Positions 37,831 to 50,787 of a stretch of DNA of 64,000 nt are shown here, piece by piece (within the stretch, counting starts at the first letter, position 1; every line of letters begins with the position of its first letter). A program made the translations under genes and the position numbers. The notes beneath the pieces were generated by a model, which was not told the DNA's origin, did no database searches, and worked only from the letters and a program-made list of their open reading frames with translations. The stretch comes from Torpedo marmorata (Eukaryota). The stretch lies in NCBI GenBank assembly GCA_977017645.1, contig OZ360226.1:134602001-134666000 (forward strand), in the 5' to 3' direction.

Positions 37831-38473
37831 GTTAAGGGAAAACTAGAGCTGTACAATCCAGTGATCATTGGGGGTTTAGAGATGGAGAGGATGAGCAAAT
37901 TTAAGTTCCTGGGGGTCACTATCTCAGAGGACCTTTCCTGGACATAACACACGAATGTCATCATGAAGATAGCACGTCAACACCTCCACTTCCACAGGAG
38001 TTTGCAGAGGTTTGTTATGACATTGAAAACTTTGTCAAACTTCTACAGAGGTATAGTGGAAAGTCTGCTGACTGGCTGCTTCACGACCTGTCATGGGGGC
38101 ACCAATACCGCTGAGCGGAAAGCCCTGCAAAAGGTAGTGGACACAGCCAGTACATCAGAGGCAAAACTCTCCCCACCATTGAGAAAATCTACGTGGAACA
38201 CTGCCGTTGGAGAGCAGCAGCAATCATCAAGGATCCATACCACCCAGGACGAACTCTGTTCTCGCTGCTGCCATCAGGGAAGAGATATAGGTGCCACAAA
38301 ACCTGTACTATCAGATTCAGCATTAGTTGCTACCACTCTACTATAAGACTCCTAAACAAGCTCAATCCGAGACTCATTTAGTGACCCTAACTTTTCACAT
38401 TATTTATTACTTAATATTTTTTCTGCATTTGCACAGTTTGTTTACATTTCTTTCTTTGTTTACGTTTATCTCT

Positions 38474-39208
38474 TTCACTTGTGAATCTGCAGGGATAACA
38501 CTTCACTTGTGAATCTGCAGGGGTCATCTACTGTATCCAGTAATCCCGTTGTGGTCTCCTTTACATCGGAGAGACTGGACGCAGACTGGGAGATCGCTTT
38601 GTTCAACACCTTCGCTCTGTCCGCTGCAATAGAGGGGATCTCCCAGTGGCAACCCATTTCAATCCCCCAATGCCGACATGTCTGTCCATGGTCTCATGCA
38701 CTGCCAGACCAAGACCACCCGCATCTCATTATGTCTGGGCACCCTCCAACCAGATGGGATTAACATCAACTTCTCCGGTTTCCGTTAGCTCCCTGCCCCC
38801 GCCCCCAGCCATCCCCTTGTCCCATCCCTATTTTTCCTTTCCTCTTACTCTTTCTATCTCTCTTTCCCTTTCCCTCTGTCTCCTTTCCTCCAGCTCTGCA
38901 TTTACAGAGCCACCCCTCCCCCTGATCAATTCTCACCTTTCCTCTCCTGTCCTATCCATATCCAATTATCTCCTTTTGTCTATTGGCCTGTGCCTCTCCC
39001 CCACCCCCTGCCCTTTCCTCCCTTCTTCCCCCAGCCTTTATATTCAGCCGCTTGCCTGCTTTTTGCTCATACCTTTAAGTAGGGCTCAGGCCCGAAACAT
39101 CACTTGTATATCTTTACCTTCTATGGACGCTGCAAGACCTGCTAAGTTCCTCCAGCATATCTATGCCTTTACTATAATCACAGCGTCTGCAGACTTTTGT
39201 GTTTCACT
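38474..39208 (+). mobile_element. Penelope-like 3' fragment (GIY-YIG remnant and terminal repeat)
   Basis: Similar to 55760-56390 (TACATCGGAGAGACTGG = YIGETG). 21-bp local duplication TTCACTTGTGAATCTGCAGGG at its 5' junction. Confidence 0.8.
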
Positions 39209-39325
39209 CTTTTTCATTTTTGTATATGTATCTTCTTCTTGAGTACAGTTTTACACTATCAATAAGTAGAAATTCTGCCAGGCCCGCAGGAAAAAGAATC
39301 TCAGGGTTGTTTGTAATGTCATGTA

Positions 39326-40264
39326 CAGTTCCCTCCATAACGTTTCGGACAAAAAAATTCCTTTATCAAACAATTCACATGTAATTAAAGTACACCTTCC
39401 AGATTTTATTCAAGGTTATTTGTTTACATTTTGGTTTGACCATGTAGAAATGTCAGCACTTTTTATACATTGCCCCCCCCCCTCCCCTCTCCATTTCAGG
39501 GCACCATAATGTTTGGGACATATGGTTTCACAGGTGTTTGTGAGTACTCAGGTATGTTTAATTGCTTCATTGGTGCAGGTATAAGAGAGCTACGCTTGCT
39601 TCTAAGCTTTTGATCACCTTTGGAATCTGTAGTTGCTGTTTTTCAAAATGAGGACAAGAGTTGTGCCAATGAAAGTCAAAGAAGCCATTATGAGTCTGAA
39701 AAACAAGAATAAAACAGTAAGAGACATCACCCAAACCTTAGGATTACTAAAATCAACAGTTTGGAACATCATTAAGAAGAAAGTGCGTATTGGTGACCTC
39801 AGTAATCACAAAGGGACTGGTATTCCAAGGAAGTCCTCCACTGCTGATGACAGAAGAATTCTGCTGATGACAGAAGAATTCTCATCATAATGAAGAAAAA
39901 TCCCCAAACGCCTGTCCAACAGATCAGAAACACTCTTCAGGAGGCAGGTGCGGATGTGTCGATGACAACTGTCCGTGGAAGACTTCATGAACAGAAATAC
40001 AGAGGCTACACTGCAAGATGCAAACCTCTAGTTAGCCACAGAAACAGGATGAGCAGATTAGATTGCCAAGAAGTTTTTATGTATAAAAAGTGCTGTAATT
40101 TCTACATGGTCAAATCAAAATCTACAAAAATACCTTTTGTTAAAATCTGGAATGTGCACTTAATCACATATGAATTATTTGATTACAAATTTAAAACTGT
40201 GGAGCACAGTTTTAAAGGAAGGAAAGAAATTGTGTCTTTGTCCCAGACATAATGGAGGGCACTG
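39326..40264 (+). mobile_element. Tc1-family DNA transposon, internally deleted
   Basis: TA-CAGTTCCCTCCATAA ... ATAATGGAGGGCACTG-TA termini. N-terminal HTH remnant (STVWNIIKK, TGIPRK, VSMTTVR..ARCKPL). DDE domain missing. Confidence 0.9.
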
Positions 40265-40719
40265 TATGTAGTCTGACAATAAATTTTGAACTTGAAATTG
40301 TATCCACTGAGTCTCTTTGGATCTCAGCTTGTGTTGATGGCTAATTGGCTGTTGATCCTGTTCCCTTGAATAATAACATTTCACAATACAGGTATTTGAT
40401 TATCAGATATAGACATAGAGAACAAATCAGTAATCAGAACAGGACCATCAAACCTACTTCACCCAATGTAGCTCAACCAGCTCATGTTGATCAACGTGTT
40501 TTCCTTCCAAGAGGAATACAAGCTTCTGGAAGGAAAATAAACTCTGGATAATTTTTTAATTGTTTCATCAAAATTGGCAAGTTCCAGGATACAATGACTG
40601 GTATCATTATCCCAGTTGTCATACTACTGTAACTCCCATGTCTTCCACTGTAGAATCTGTTTCTGCCCACTCATAGGTACTTGCAGTATATTTGCACTCA
40701 TTATGAACAACTTGAAGAA

Positions 40720-40957
40720 GGGCAGCACAGGTAGCACTACCCTATTAGAGCACCAGTAATCTGGGTTTGAATCCAGCGCTGTCTGGAAGGAGTTTGTACA
40801 TTCTTCCTGTGTCTGCGTGGGTTTCCTCTGGATGCTCCGGTTTCCTCCCGCATTCCAAAGATATACAGGCTGAGTAGGTCAATTGGTCACATGGGTGTAA
40901 TTTAGCTGTGTGGGCTGGAAGGGCCTGTTACCATGCTGTATCTCTAAATTAAAGTAA
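40720..40957 (+). mobile_element. tRNA-derived V-SINE (HE1-like)
   Basis: B-box-like GGTTTGAATCC, V-domain GCGTGGGTTTCCTCTGGATGCTCCGGTTTCCTCCC, CR1-like tail GAAGGGCCTGTTACC. Confidence 0.8.
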
Positions 40958-41982
40958 AAGAATGACTTGGCATTTAACTCAATTCTGTTTTTGTAAAGTT
41001 GCTTTTGTTTGTATGTCCAACACTTGTATATCAAATCTGATCGCTACCAATATTGAATAACATTAACATTTGTGGAGATATTTAATATCACCATTAAATT
41101 TCCTTATCTGGAATTTCTTTTTGCACTGGGCCTGCTACAGGGAACTCAAGCAGGAAAGGTGAGACATCATGGACCAAAAGATGGATTAGGGTTAGCTTCC
41201 AGAGGTCAATACATGGGAGGCCTGTCATTAAAGACCAGATTAGTTATTGGTAGAGTCTCTTGATGGGGAATGAGGAAGTTAAGTGATTGGGGTGAGGCTA
41301 ACGAGTTTGGTGAGGTTTATGAGCTATGGGGGATTTGGGTATTGATATTGGGGTAGGGGTGGGATGTTGCTGCATGGGGAGCCTGAATAACTTGAAAGGA
41401 ATGTCTCTGACTATAATTCCCAATACAGCACTGATCTGAAACATTAATTATGTGGCTGCAATTATATGACCAATGATTTGCTCCTGGGATCAATGTGATA
41501 TAATTGTTCGTGACAACTCTCAAAATGAGAATTCAATTGACTGATGCCATTGTTATGTGTGCATCCAAAGTGGAAAACGAGGATAATTTATCATGGCAAA
41601 TGCTTGGGATAGTTTCTGGGCTGATGATGTTTGTCCAAGAAGTTTTATTTTGGTATCACATACATACAGGTATATGGATTTTTGTGTGTAAAATTAAAAA
41701 TAGTGGCATATGACGAAGGCACTAAACACACAGTTGTTTGAGTCTATAATATTTTAGCATCAAATATTTTTAAAGTCAGATTTGGGAGATAAAGATGTAT
41801 TTTTCTACGTTAGTTTTAGAATCCATCTTTTTGCACTAATTTAATTAAACACTTTTTGATCTTGCCTTGGATTGAAGTTATTTTGCCCATCAATGTGCCT
41901 TTTATATTATTCTCTGTAAAGATGACTCCCCCTCCCCTTTCTAATATGGTATCTGCACCTTTTATTAATGAACACCTAAATA

Positions 41983-43881
41983 CCGTATATTTTGGCGTAT
42001 AAGTCGACTCGCAGATAAGTCAACCCCCCTTTTTCAGCCTCATTTTAATGGTTTTATTGTATATCCGGCGTATAAGTCGACCCCCAAAAATTGCAATGCC
42101 TGAGATGCTGAGCGTTGACCGGCGTATAAGTCGACCCCCAAAAATCGCGATGATTGAGCTGCTGGGCGTTGACCGGCATATAGGTCGACCCACAACGATC
42201 GCGCTGATTGAGCTGCTGGCCGTTGGCTGGAGGTGATTGTTATCATGGAGGCTCAATTGAAACGACGAAAGTATGAGGCGAGTTTTAAATTAAAAGTGAT
42301 AGAAATGGCCAAGAAAACCAACAACTGTGCTGCTGCAAGAAAATTTGATATATATGAGAAGTTGGTAAGAGATTGGAGGAAGAAAGAAGATACATTAAGA
42401 AAAATACCAAAAAGGCAATGTTCGATGAGAAAAGGAATCACTCGTTGGCCAGTGTTGGAAAATCACGTCGCAGCATGGGTACGTGAAGAGGGGCAAGATT
42501 GCTACATAGTCACCCGAAATAAAATAAGAACATTTGCACTAAAGTGGGCAAAGTCACACCCAGAACTCAGTAAAGATTTTGAAGCTACAGTAGGCTGGTG
42601 CAACCGTTTCATGAACAGGAAAAATCTGGTTTTACGACAAAAAACAAAAATTGCTCAGAAACTCCCAAAAGGTCTTGATCATAAAGTTGTAAGTTTTCAC
42701 CAGTTTATTTTACGTAACCGGCAGAAACACAAGTTTGCATTGGCAAATATTGGAAATATGGACGAAACCCCCATGAATTTTGACATGATAGGCAATAGAA
42801 CAGTGGAATGGAAAGGTGTGAAAACTGTGCAAACGAGGAGTACAGGCCATGAAAGGACCAGGTTTACTGTGGTGTTATCGTGCATGGCCGACGGGACAAA
42901 GTTAAGATCCATGGTAATCTTCAAACGTAAATTTAAACCTAAAATAAAATTCCCTGCGGGTACTTTTGTACATTTTCATGAAAAAGGATGGATGGATGAA
43001 AATGGTGTAAAACTATGGATAGACAATGTGTGGAACAGGCGGCCAGGCGGTTTACGCAAGGAACGGAGTTTGCTGGTCTGGGATATGTTTCGTAGCCACT
43101 TAACTGAGAAGACTAAAAGTAGATTAACACAACATAATACTTACATGACGGTTATCCCGGGTGGTTTGACGTCTATATTGCAACCTCTCGATGTCTGCTT
43201 GAACAAGCCATTCAAAGACCATGTGCGTGAAGAGTGGAATACATGGATGTCGAGTGCAGAAAAATCATTTACAAAAGGCGGGGCAATGCGTGCTGCATCG
43301 CTTGATGTTCTGTGTGACTTCGTGCTCAAGGCATGGGACAAAGTGAAAGTAGAGACTATAATAAAATCGTTTAAAAAGTGCGGTATCTCTTGTGCAATTG
43401 ATGGTACGGAAGATGATTTATTGTGGGATACTGACGACGAAGCTGAAGCCGCCTCATCAGATACAGACTGGGACCCGTATGATGACTGTTTAAACAGTGA
43501 GACCCTGGATGTGCTTGCCGAGATCTTTGCCTTAGACGATGATAGCGAAAGTGATTTTGAAGGGTTCTAAATGTCTTGTTGTTTTCAATAAAAATGTCAA
43601 TGAAAATTTGTTGCAGTCAGGTTTTTTTTTGGTTTTTAAGGGTCGACTTATACGCCGAATCGGGTTTTCAAGGGTCGACTTATACGTCGAATCGGGTTTT
43701 CAGGGGTCGACTTATATGCCGAATCGGGTTTTCAAGGGTTGACTTATACGCCGAATCGGCGTGGAGTGGTTTTTGAGCTGATTTTAAGGTCTCAAAAGTA
43801 TATCCGGCGTATAAGTCGACCCCTGTTTTTTGAGAGATTTTTGAGGGTTTCAAGACTCGAGTTATACGCCGAAATATACGG
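41983..43881 (+). mobile_element. pogo-superfamily (Passer/POGK-like, DD35D) DNA transposon, full length
   Basis: TA-CCGTATATTTTGGCGTATAA ... TTATACGCCGAAATATACGG-TA termini, repeated subterminal GGCGTATAAGTCGACC motifs, single ORF. Confidence 0.95.
42245..43570 (+). CDS. pogo-type transposase, 441 aa, uninterrupted
   Basis: Brinker-like N-terminus (YEASFKLKVI..AAARKF..VRDW), CENP-B-type HTH (GWCNRFM), triad NMDET / VWD / QPLD with 35 residues between the last two Asp, acidic tail. Confidence 0.93.
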   Translation: MEAQLKRRKYEASFKLKVIEMAKKTNNCAAARKFDIYEKLVRDWRKKEDTLRKIPKRQCSMRKGITRWPVLENHVAAWVREEGQDCYIVTRNKIRTFALKWAKSHPELSKDFEATVGWCNRFMNRKNLVLRQKTKIAQKLPKGLDHKVVSFHQFILRNRQKHKFALANIGNMDETPMNFDMIGNRTVEWKGVKTVQTRSTGHERTRFTVVLSCMADGTKLRSMVIFKRKFKPKIKFPAGTFVHFHEKGWMDENGVKLWIDNVWNRRPGGLRKERSLLVWDMFRSHLTEKTKSRLTQHNTYMTVIPGGLTSILQPLDVCLNKPFKDHVREEWNTWMSSAEKSFTKGGAMRAASLDVLCDFVLKAWDKVKVETIIKSFKKCGISCAIDGTEDDLLWDTDDEAEAASSDTDWDPYDDCLNSETLDVLAEIFALDDDSESDFEGF

Positions 43882-43970
43882 TATTTGTGCTCAAGTCTTT
43901 TGGAGCTTGAATAAAACTCATCAATCCACTTTTGAGCCCCTTATATCCATGTCTTATAAAGTGGATTCTT

Positions 43971-45754
43971 AATTAAATATTTGGGAATAAGGGTTGATAC
44001 AAAATTGGCTAATTTATACAAATTAAATTATCTACCATTATTTGTGAAAATAAAGAAAGATTTAGAAAATTGGAAAGATTTACCTATAACTTTAATGGGA
44101 AGAGTAAACTGTATTAAAATGAATGTTTTTCCAAGAATTCAATATCTTTTTCAATCAATTCCTTATGGAATTCCTCAAAAAATTTTTAAAGATTTAAATT
44201 CAATTATTAGAAAATTTTTATGGAAAGGAAAGTTAGCAAGAGTAGGTATGGAAAAATTAACTTGGAATTATGAAATGGGTGGTTTACAACTTCCTAATTT
44301 CCAAAATTATTATAAAGCAGCTCAATTAAAATTTGTTAATGAATTTTTTGATTCAACTAAATCTTCTGCTTGGATTAAAATAGAATTAAATAATATAGGA
44401 GAAGATTCCAAAGAAGAAATTATTTATAAATGGGATTCTAAATGAATATCAACAAGAAAGAAAAATTCGCCTATTTTTAAACATTTGTTAGAAATATGGA
44501 ACAAGACGGATAAGGAAATAGGAGGAAAAGGATTGATTTCTTCAAGGATGCCTTTATATCAAAATGAACTTATTCCATTTACTATTAATGATCAATTATT
44601 TAAAATTTGGTTTCAAAAAGGAATTAAGAAGATTAATGATTGTTTTGAAGCTGGGAAATTTATTACTTTTCAAAGAATGAAAGATAAATTTAATATATTA
44701 GATAATACACTTTTTGCTTATTATCAAATTAGAGCTTTTCTGATTGAGAAATTAGGTTATGCTTTGATTTTACCAAGACAAAATGAATTAGAATTATTAG
44801 TTACTAATGGAGATGTTAATAAATTTATTTCTCAAATGTATAAATTGTTTCAGAGGAAAATGCCTAAAGTAGGATTGCATAAATCAAGATTAAAATGGGA
44901 ATTAGATTTGAATGTAAGAATAGATGAAAATCATTGGAAAGAATTATGTAAATTAAGTATGACAAAGATTATTAATGTTAGATATAGATTAGTTCAATAC
45001 AATTTTTTTCATCAATTATATTTAACACCTAAAAAATTAAAGAAATTTAATTCGACACTATCAGGTTTATGTTTTAGATGTAATAAAGAGGAAGGGTCTT
45101 TTGTACATTCTACATGGTTTTGTCCAAAAGTTTATGATTTTTGGTTGAAAGTTAAAAATTTTTTAGATAAAGTATTTAAGATTACATTTCCAATGGATCC
45201 TATGATATTTTTGTTTGGAGATATTAGAAAACTTAGTATTAAGATGAAATTAAATATGTATCAAATAGAATTTTTGCGAATTGCTTTAGCTGTTTCAAAG
45301 AAATGCATTGCTATTACTTGGAAATCTGATGTAGATTTAGGATTAGAAAGATGGCATGCAGAACTTCGTTCGTGTATACCACTTGAAAAAATTACTTATA
45401 ATTTACGTAATAAATATAATTTCTTCTTAAAAATTTGGAGCCCATATATGAAAGTTGATGGTTTAAGGATTTGAAGATCTCTGGATATCGGATCTACTGC
45501 CATACTTGACCTCCATAATAGAATTAGTTTATAGATTGGCATTCCCCTTACTCTATCTTTTTCTTTCTTTTTCTTCTTCTTTTTCTATTTTTATTTTATA
45601 TATATATATTTTTTTTATTAGATTAGTGGGGTTGGGAGAGTTGGGGAGGGGAGGGAGGGAGGGGGGTGAAAATGTATCACAAATAATTTGATAATTTTAT
45701 ATTTTATTTTATGTATTTTGTGATTTAAACATTTTAAATAAAATATTTTTTTTT
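43971..45754 (+). mobile_element. L1 family A, 5'-truncated
   Basis: 14-bp TSD TAAAGTGGATTCTT at 43957-43970 and 45755-45768. ORFs 43981-44445 and 44485-45474 closely match the 3' part of ORF2 in the 2978-8113 copy. Confidence 0.95.
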
Positions 45755-46829
45755 TAAAGTGGATTCTTGCAGACACAATTGAAAGGATAACAGAAAATAT
45801 ATATATATATATTCTAAGAAATAGAAACTTGAGTGGGACAATTAGCTCTAGGATTCTGCTCTTAAATTAAACCATGGCTGATTATGTACCTCCAAGTACA
45901 CATTTTACACATATCCTCTGAATTTCTGTGCAATCAAAAATATATTATTTTTCTGGTCTTGAATTTAATAACGACTCAGTACCCACAATGCTATGAAAGA
46001 AAATTCAGCTCAATAGTCAAGTGTATCACAGTAGTTGTATGTTTACATTTCATTGCTTCAAAATATTTCAACTTGTGAAGTGCAAAAAAAAGCTATGTAA
46101 TCCTGCATGGGTGCTAGTTAACTTCAAACTTACCTACATTTATGCAAAATGAGAGGCTAAATAACTAGTGGGTCATTTAAGTTCATCTTTGCAAAAAGAG
46201 AGACTACCGGTATATTAACAAGTCAGCCGCAAGGTAGGAAATCTAGATTTAACATGCCCAATTCAAGTTCTGCTTTCAATTTGATTGTTTCATTAGATAT
46301 ATTTTTATTCTGAATTCAAAAATAAAAAAGGAAATTGCTCAATCTGTGATCTGCTTCCTTGAAAATAATCAATTTGGAGGAAAATGTTTGTAGGAAAGGA
46401 AAGTAAGATTAAATATTTTTAAATGGGTGAACAAATGAAATAATTTATTGCAGAATGGTATTGTAGGATTTTTTTTCTCTGCATTAATTTCTTCCTCATT
46501 TCCCAGTACAAAACTCTTCCTTTGAATTAAACTGATGTTAAGTTTGTAATTTGCTGAAGTTGATCTCTTCAATACAATTAAATTACAGAAACTGCAATTC
46601 ATGCCTTGTGAGTTAATACAAGGTTCACAAAGAATGTGAGACATGAGTATGTTTTTTGTATTGTTATTCATTCAGTAAACCTTAAACAATGTACAGAACA
46701 GGAAATATATAATTAAAGAGTGGAATTGTAGGAGAAATTTACTTTTTAATCTGTCCACTATTGAAATGAAATTACAGTAGCTTAATCTGTCTATAGTTTG
46801 AAATTAATATTAATGGATGCTTTATATTA

Positions 46830-47360
46830 AGTCAAGTGCCTGGTGTGACCACGTGGAATATTGTGTATCGGTTTCCCTCCCTATGGAAAGGTGTTCTTGC
46901 CACAGGAGGAGTGCAAAGGACCATTTGGGAGATTCTTGGGATGTTGTAATTTATTTGGGAGGAGCGATTAAGCAGATTAGGCCAATGTTCTGCAGAGTTT
47001 AAAGGAATAAGAAGTGATCTTGTAAAAACTTTCAACATTCTTACAAGGCTCAATAAGAATAATGTTTCTCCTGGTTAGGTGTCCAAGACCCAGCAGCGTC
47101 TCAGGATAAGATGGCTGTCATTTCAAATTGAGATGGGAAGGATTGTTTTGACCAAGAGTGTAGTTAATATGTGGTATTCTCTACCAAAGATGCAGTGGTG
47201 GCTCAATTGCTGAGTCCAGTCAGTATGGGGACAGATGAGGTTTTGGATGTTAATGGACATGAGGGATATGGGATTAGTGCAGGAATGTAGCATGAACGTT
47301 AATGAACATCAATGAACTCGATGAATAATGCGTGGGTCTGAAGGATTGACTACTGGCCTG
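46830..47360 (+). mobile_element. Old CR1-type fragment
   Basis: DHVEYCVSV (decayed HLEYCVQFW) followed by CR1-like 3' sequence. Confidence 0.55.
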
Positions 47361-47864
47361 ATTTTACTTCAGTTTTATAATCTCGTTCAGTAACTTAGAA
47401 GTTTAGAATGGATGCATAAACAAATACTGATATCAAATTTTCACGAACTGAGCTATATGCTGTTGGCTGTATTATACAGTTTAAAAGCAGATGCAATTGT
47501 TTGAAATTTGAGCTGGTTTATGATCTTCATCCATTGCACCTAAGTAAGGGCAAATAATTTATGATGCTTTGGCAATGAGTTTTGTATGTATTCAGATTGG
47601 TTTTTATTGTATTTTTAAATTTGGTCAGTAAAACTATTGTATTGACTTTATCATTAGTGCAAAAACAATTTTTTAGAGTGCTTTTTACCTATGTGATGGA
47701 GCATCGGTCGATCAGAAGATCAATGCAAAATCTATAACAGAACAGAGGTAGAAAGCAGCAAAGTAAAAGTGGTCTATGGAGAAATAAAAGGAAAGCAGTG
47801 GGGAATTGAAGAAGGAAGAGAGACAAAAGACAGGAAATTATAGGCCAGTTGGTAAGATTTTAAA

Positions 47865-48919
47865 TAAAAAATTAAATTTAAATACAGCACGGTAACAGGC
47901 CCTTTCGGCCCACGAGCCCGGGCCACCCAATTACAGAATCAGAATTTATTGTCATGAACAAGTCATGAAATTCGATGTTTTGCGGCAGCATCATAGTGCA
48001 AACATTCATATTATAATGATCTTACGACATTACTATAAAAAATATATATAAATAATAGTGCACGAAAGGTAAGGCAGTGTCTTTGGTTCATTGATTATTC
48101 AGGAATCTGATGGCAGCGGGGAAGAAGCTGTCCTTGTGCCGTTGAGTGCTCGTCTTTAGGCTCCTGTACCTTTTTCCCGATGGTAGCAGAGTGAAGAGGG
48201 CATGGCCTGGGATTGGGGGTCTTTGAGGATAGAGGCTGCTTTTTTAAGTCACCGCCTCATGTAGATGTCCTCGATGGAGTGAAGTCTGGTGCCTGTGATG
48301 TCACAGGCCGAGTTAACAACCCTCTGGAGTTTATTCTTGTCCTGAGAGTTGGCGCCTCCATACCAGGCAGTGATGCAACCAGCCAGAATGCTCTCCACGG
48401 TACACCTGTAGATGTTTACGTGAGTCTTCGGTGACATACCGAATCTCCTCAGACACCTCACAAAGTATAGCCGCTGGCGAGCCTTCTTTGTGATTGCATC
48501 AACGTGGATGCTCCAGGACAGATCCTCGGAGATGTTGACACCCAGGAATTTGAAGTTCTTGACCCTCTCCACTACTGAGCCCTCGATGAGGACTGGGTCG
48601 TGTTCCCTTGACTTCCTCCTGAAGTCCACAATCATTTCCTTGGTTTTGCTGACGTTGAGCTCAAGGTTGTTGTCGTTACACCATTCAACGAGCTGATCTA
48701 TCTCCCTCCTGTACGCTTCCTCATTGACCGATTGACCTACCCGATTGACCTACACCCCCGTTACGGTTTTTGAAGGGTGGGAAGAAACCGGAGCCCACGG
48801 GGAAAACCCACGCAGACACGGGGACAAACTCCTTAAAGACCGCGTGAGATTCGAACTCCGGTACCGATTGCTGATGCTGTAACAGCATTGCGCTAACCGC
48901 TACGCTAACTGTGCCGCCC
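47865..48919 (-). mobile_element. V-SINE split by a Rex1 insertion
   Basis: Tail at 47865-47933 and head/V-domain at 48725-48919, matching the intact copy at 61060-61312. Confidence 0.8.
47934..48724 (-). mobile_element. Rex1/Babar 3' fragment with (TTCTGA)n tail
   Basis: IVDFRR..FKFLGVNISEDLSW..KKARQRLYF..ESILAGCITAWYG. Confidence 0.9.
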
Positions 48920-48994
48920 TTTCGATTTTAGAGTCCATTGTTAAGAATTAGATTTCGTGTTGCTTGAAAGCAGATGATAAAATTGGATATCGGA

Positions 48995-49365
48995 AATCTT
49001 GCCTGACAAACTGTTGGAATTCTTTTGAGGAGCTAATGAGCAGAATAGACAAAGGAGAGTCAGTTGATGTAGTTAACTTGGATTTTCAGAAGGCCTTTGA
49101 CAAGGTGGCCAGTTCTTGAGAACAGAGATGAGGACAAACCTCTTCAGCCAGAGGGTGGTGAATCTGTGGAATTCTTTGCCACAGATGGGTATGGAGACCA
49201 AATCTTTAGGTATTTTTAAAGTGGAGGTTGATAGGTTCTTGAGCAGTAAGGGTATCAACGGTTACGTGAAGTCAGGAGAATGGGGGTTGAAAGGAACAAT
49301 ATATCAGCCGAGATTCAAATGGCAGAGGAGACTGAATGGCCTAATTTTGCCTCTGTCTTATGGAT
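48995..49365 (+). mobile_element. CR1 fragments with internal deletion
   Basis: LDFQKAFDKV-type sequence joined directly to the CR1 ORF2 end (FSQRVVNLWNSLP..FKVEVDRFL). Confidence 0.75.
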
Positions 49366-50464
49366 ATAAATGATGCATTTTGACCGGTACAGAAACAGCT
49401 TTCCCCTTATGCCATGTAACCAGTAGTTTTGTGTGAATGCTTTAATGCATCTTGCATTAAAATTAAAATTTTAAAGGTAGCCGGGTCGTCCTTTGAGAGA
49501 CAAAAAAAATCCCATCCTTCAAAAGAAAAATTTTGACTTATAATTGAATCAGATGCAATCGGGGAAAAAACCCCAGAAAATAAGGATAATTTTACTATTG
49601 ATGGTTAATCGGAGCTATAAAATGGTAAATATAATAACTCCACTCGTAGCCTTCGGAAAGGATTCATTTATCTTCCAGCTTGTGATCTTATAGGATAAAC
49701 ACCCATGTGTTTTTTCTTGTGAGATGAGTGACTTCCAACTTGTATTTAACCATACTTATTGCCCTACTTGCAGCTATTTTTATTCATATCATTTGATTTT
49801 GAATACTTTTTTCAAAATTCTGCTCCAAACACCTCTTTCTCACAATTGCAGTATCCTCCAGTTTCAGATGATTCCAGAGTTTATGTCTCCACTGTCTGTT
49901 GTGAACCTATTTTTAAAATCATCACAAGTAATGAAAGAAAGAATTGTTGATATTAAAATAGTTTCATAAATTTAATTGTCCTTTGTCCTCCACCTGCAAC
50001 TTGAACTAATTTACTTGAATATTTCCTTGCCTTGGCATCAATGTTTGACACATGGGTCAAAGGGCCTGTTCCCATGCTGTCCTGTTCTATGTTCGGTGAT
50101 ATTTGAATTTTATATTTCACAATAGTAAATATTGAATGAACTTGCAAAGTTCTTGTTGAAAGTGGAATTCTCATCACTGCTTTGTGTAAGCAATAGTGAT
50201 TAAGTTTAAAGAACGTACTGTATATTTAACTGAATATTTTACTTGACATGCGCCTTGTTACAGATAATTTAGTTGATGATCCATTTGTAGTTTATTTCAG
50301 GTTGAATTTGGATGTGATTGCGATTACTGCAAACACTTGAGATTTAATTCCAAAATGGTGCATCTTATGTGATAGATCTTTTTTAATTTATGGAAAGTTA
50401 CAAATTCTTTCAGCACTAATTGTATTTTCTCCATCTGGATTTTCTATTGCTATTGTACAATTGT

Positions 50465-50787
50465 ACTTTTGTACCCTACAATGTGCGGACACTGTGGTTC
50501 CACCCCACCAGCCTCTGCACTTGACATATTATTGTCCCACGATTTTGCCAAGTTCAGGACAATCACAACAGCAGCCACAACTTCCCCTCCCCATCCATTT
50601 TTGCTTTTGACAGGGATCAGTCTCACTTCCCATTGTAATTGCAGAAAGCACAAAACTTGTCCCTACACGCCCCCCCCCCCAACCCCATCACCCACCTTTC
50701 CATGGCAACAAACAGAACTTCCAGGTGAAGCAAAGCTTTCCGTGCATGTCGTCAAACCTAAACTGTGTTCAATGTACGTGGTGTGGC
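50465..50787 (+). mobile_element. Old Penelope fragment (Cys-rich linker region)
   Basis: HCNCRKHKTCPYT and TTCCAGGTGAAGCA resemble 55670-55770. Confidence 0.55.

Larger units (their letters stand above)
37835..40297 (+). mobile_element. Rex1/Babar 3' fragment whose UTR is split by a Penelope piece and a Tc1
   Basis: ARQHLHF..ESLLTGC..IIKDPYHPG. UTR pieces at 38380-38473, 39210-39325 and 40265-40297 match 590-830. Confidence 0.85.

Noticed and set aside
42245-43570. Domesticated POGK host gene
   Set aside because: No KRAB domain or introns, and TIRs plus a TA TSD are present, so it is a transposon copy.
43640-43760. Regular 32-bp repeats resembling a CRISPR array
   Set aside because: No unique spacers; these are pogo subterminal repeats in eukaryotic DNA.
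48835-48919. tRNA gene
   Set aside because: It is the tRNA-derived head of a V-SINE; no full cloverleaf is evident.
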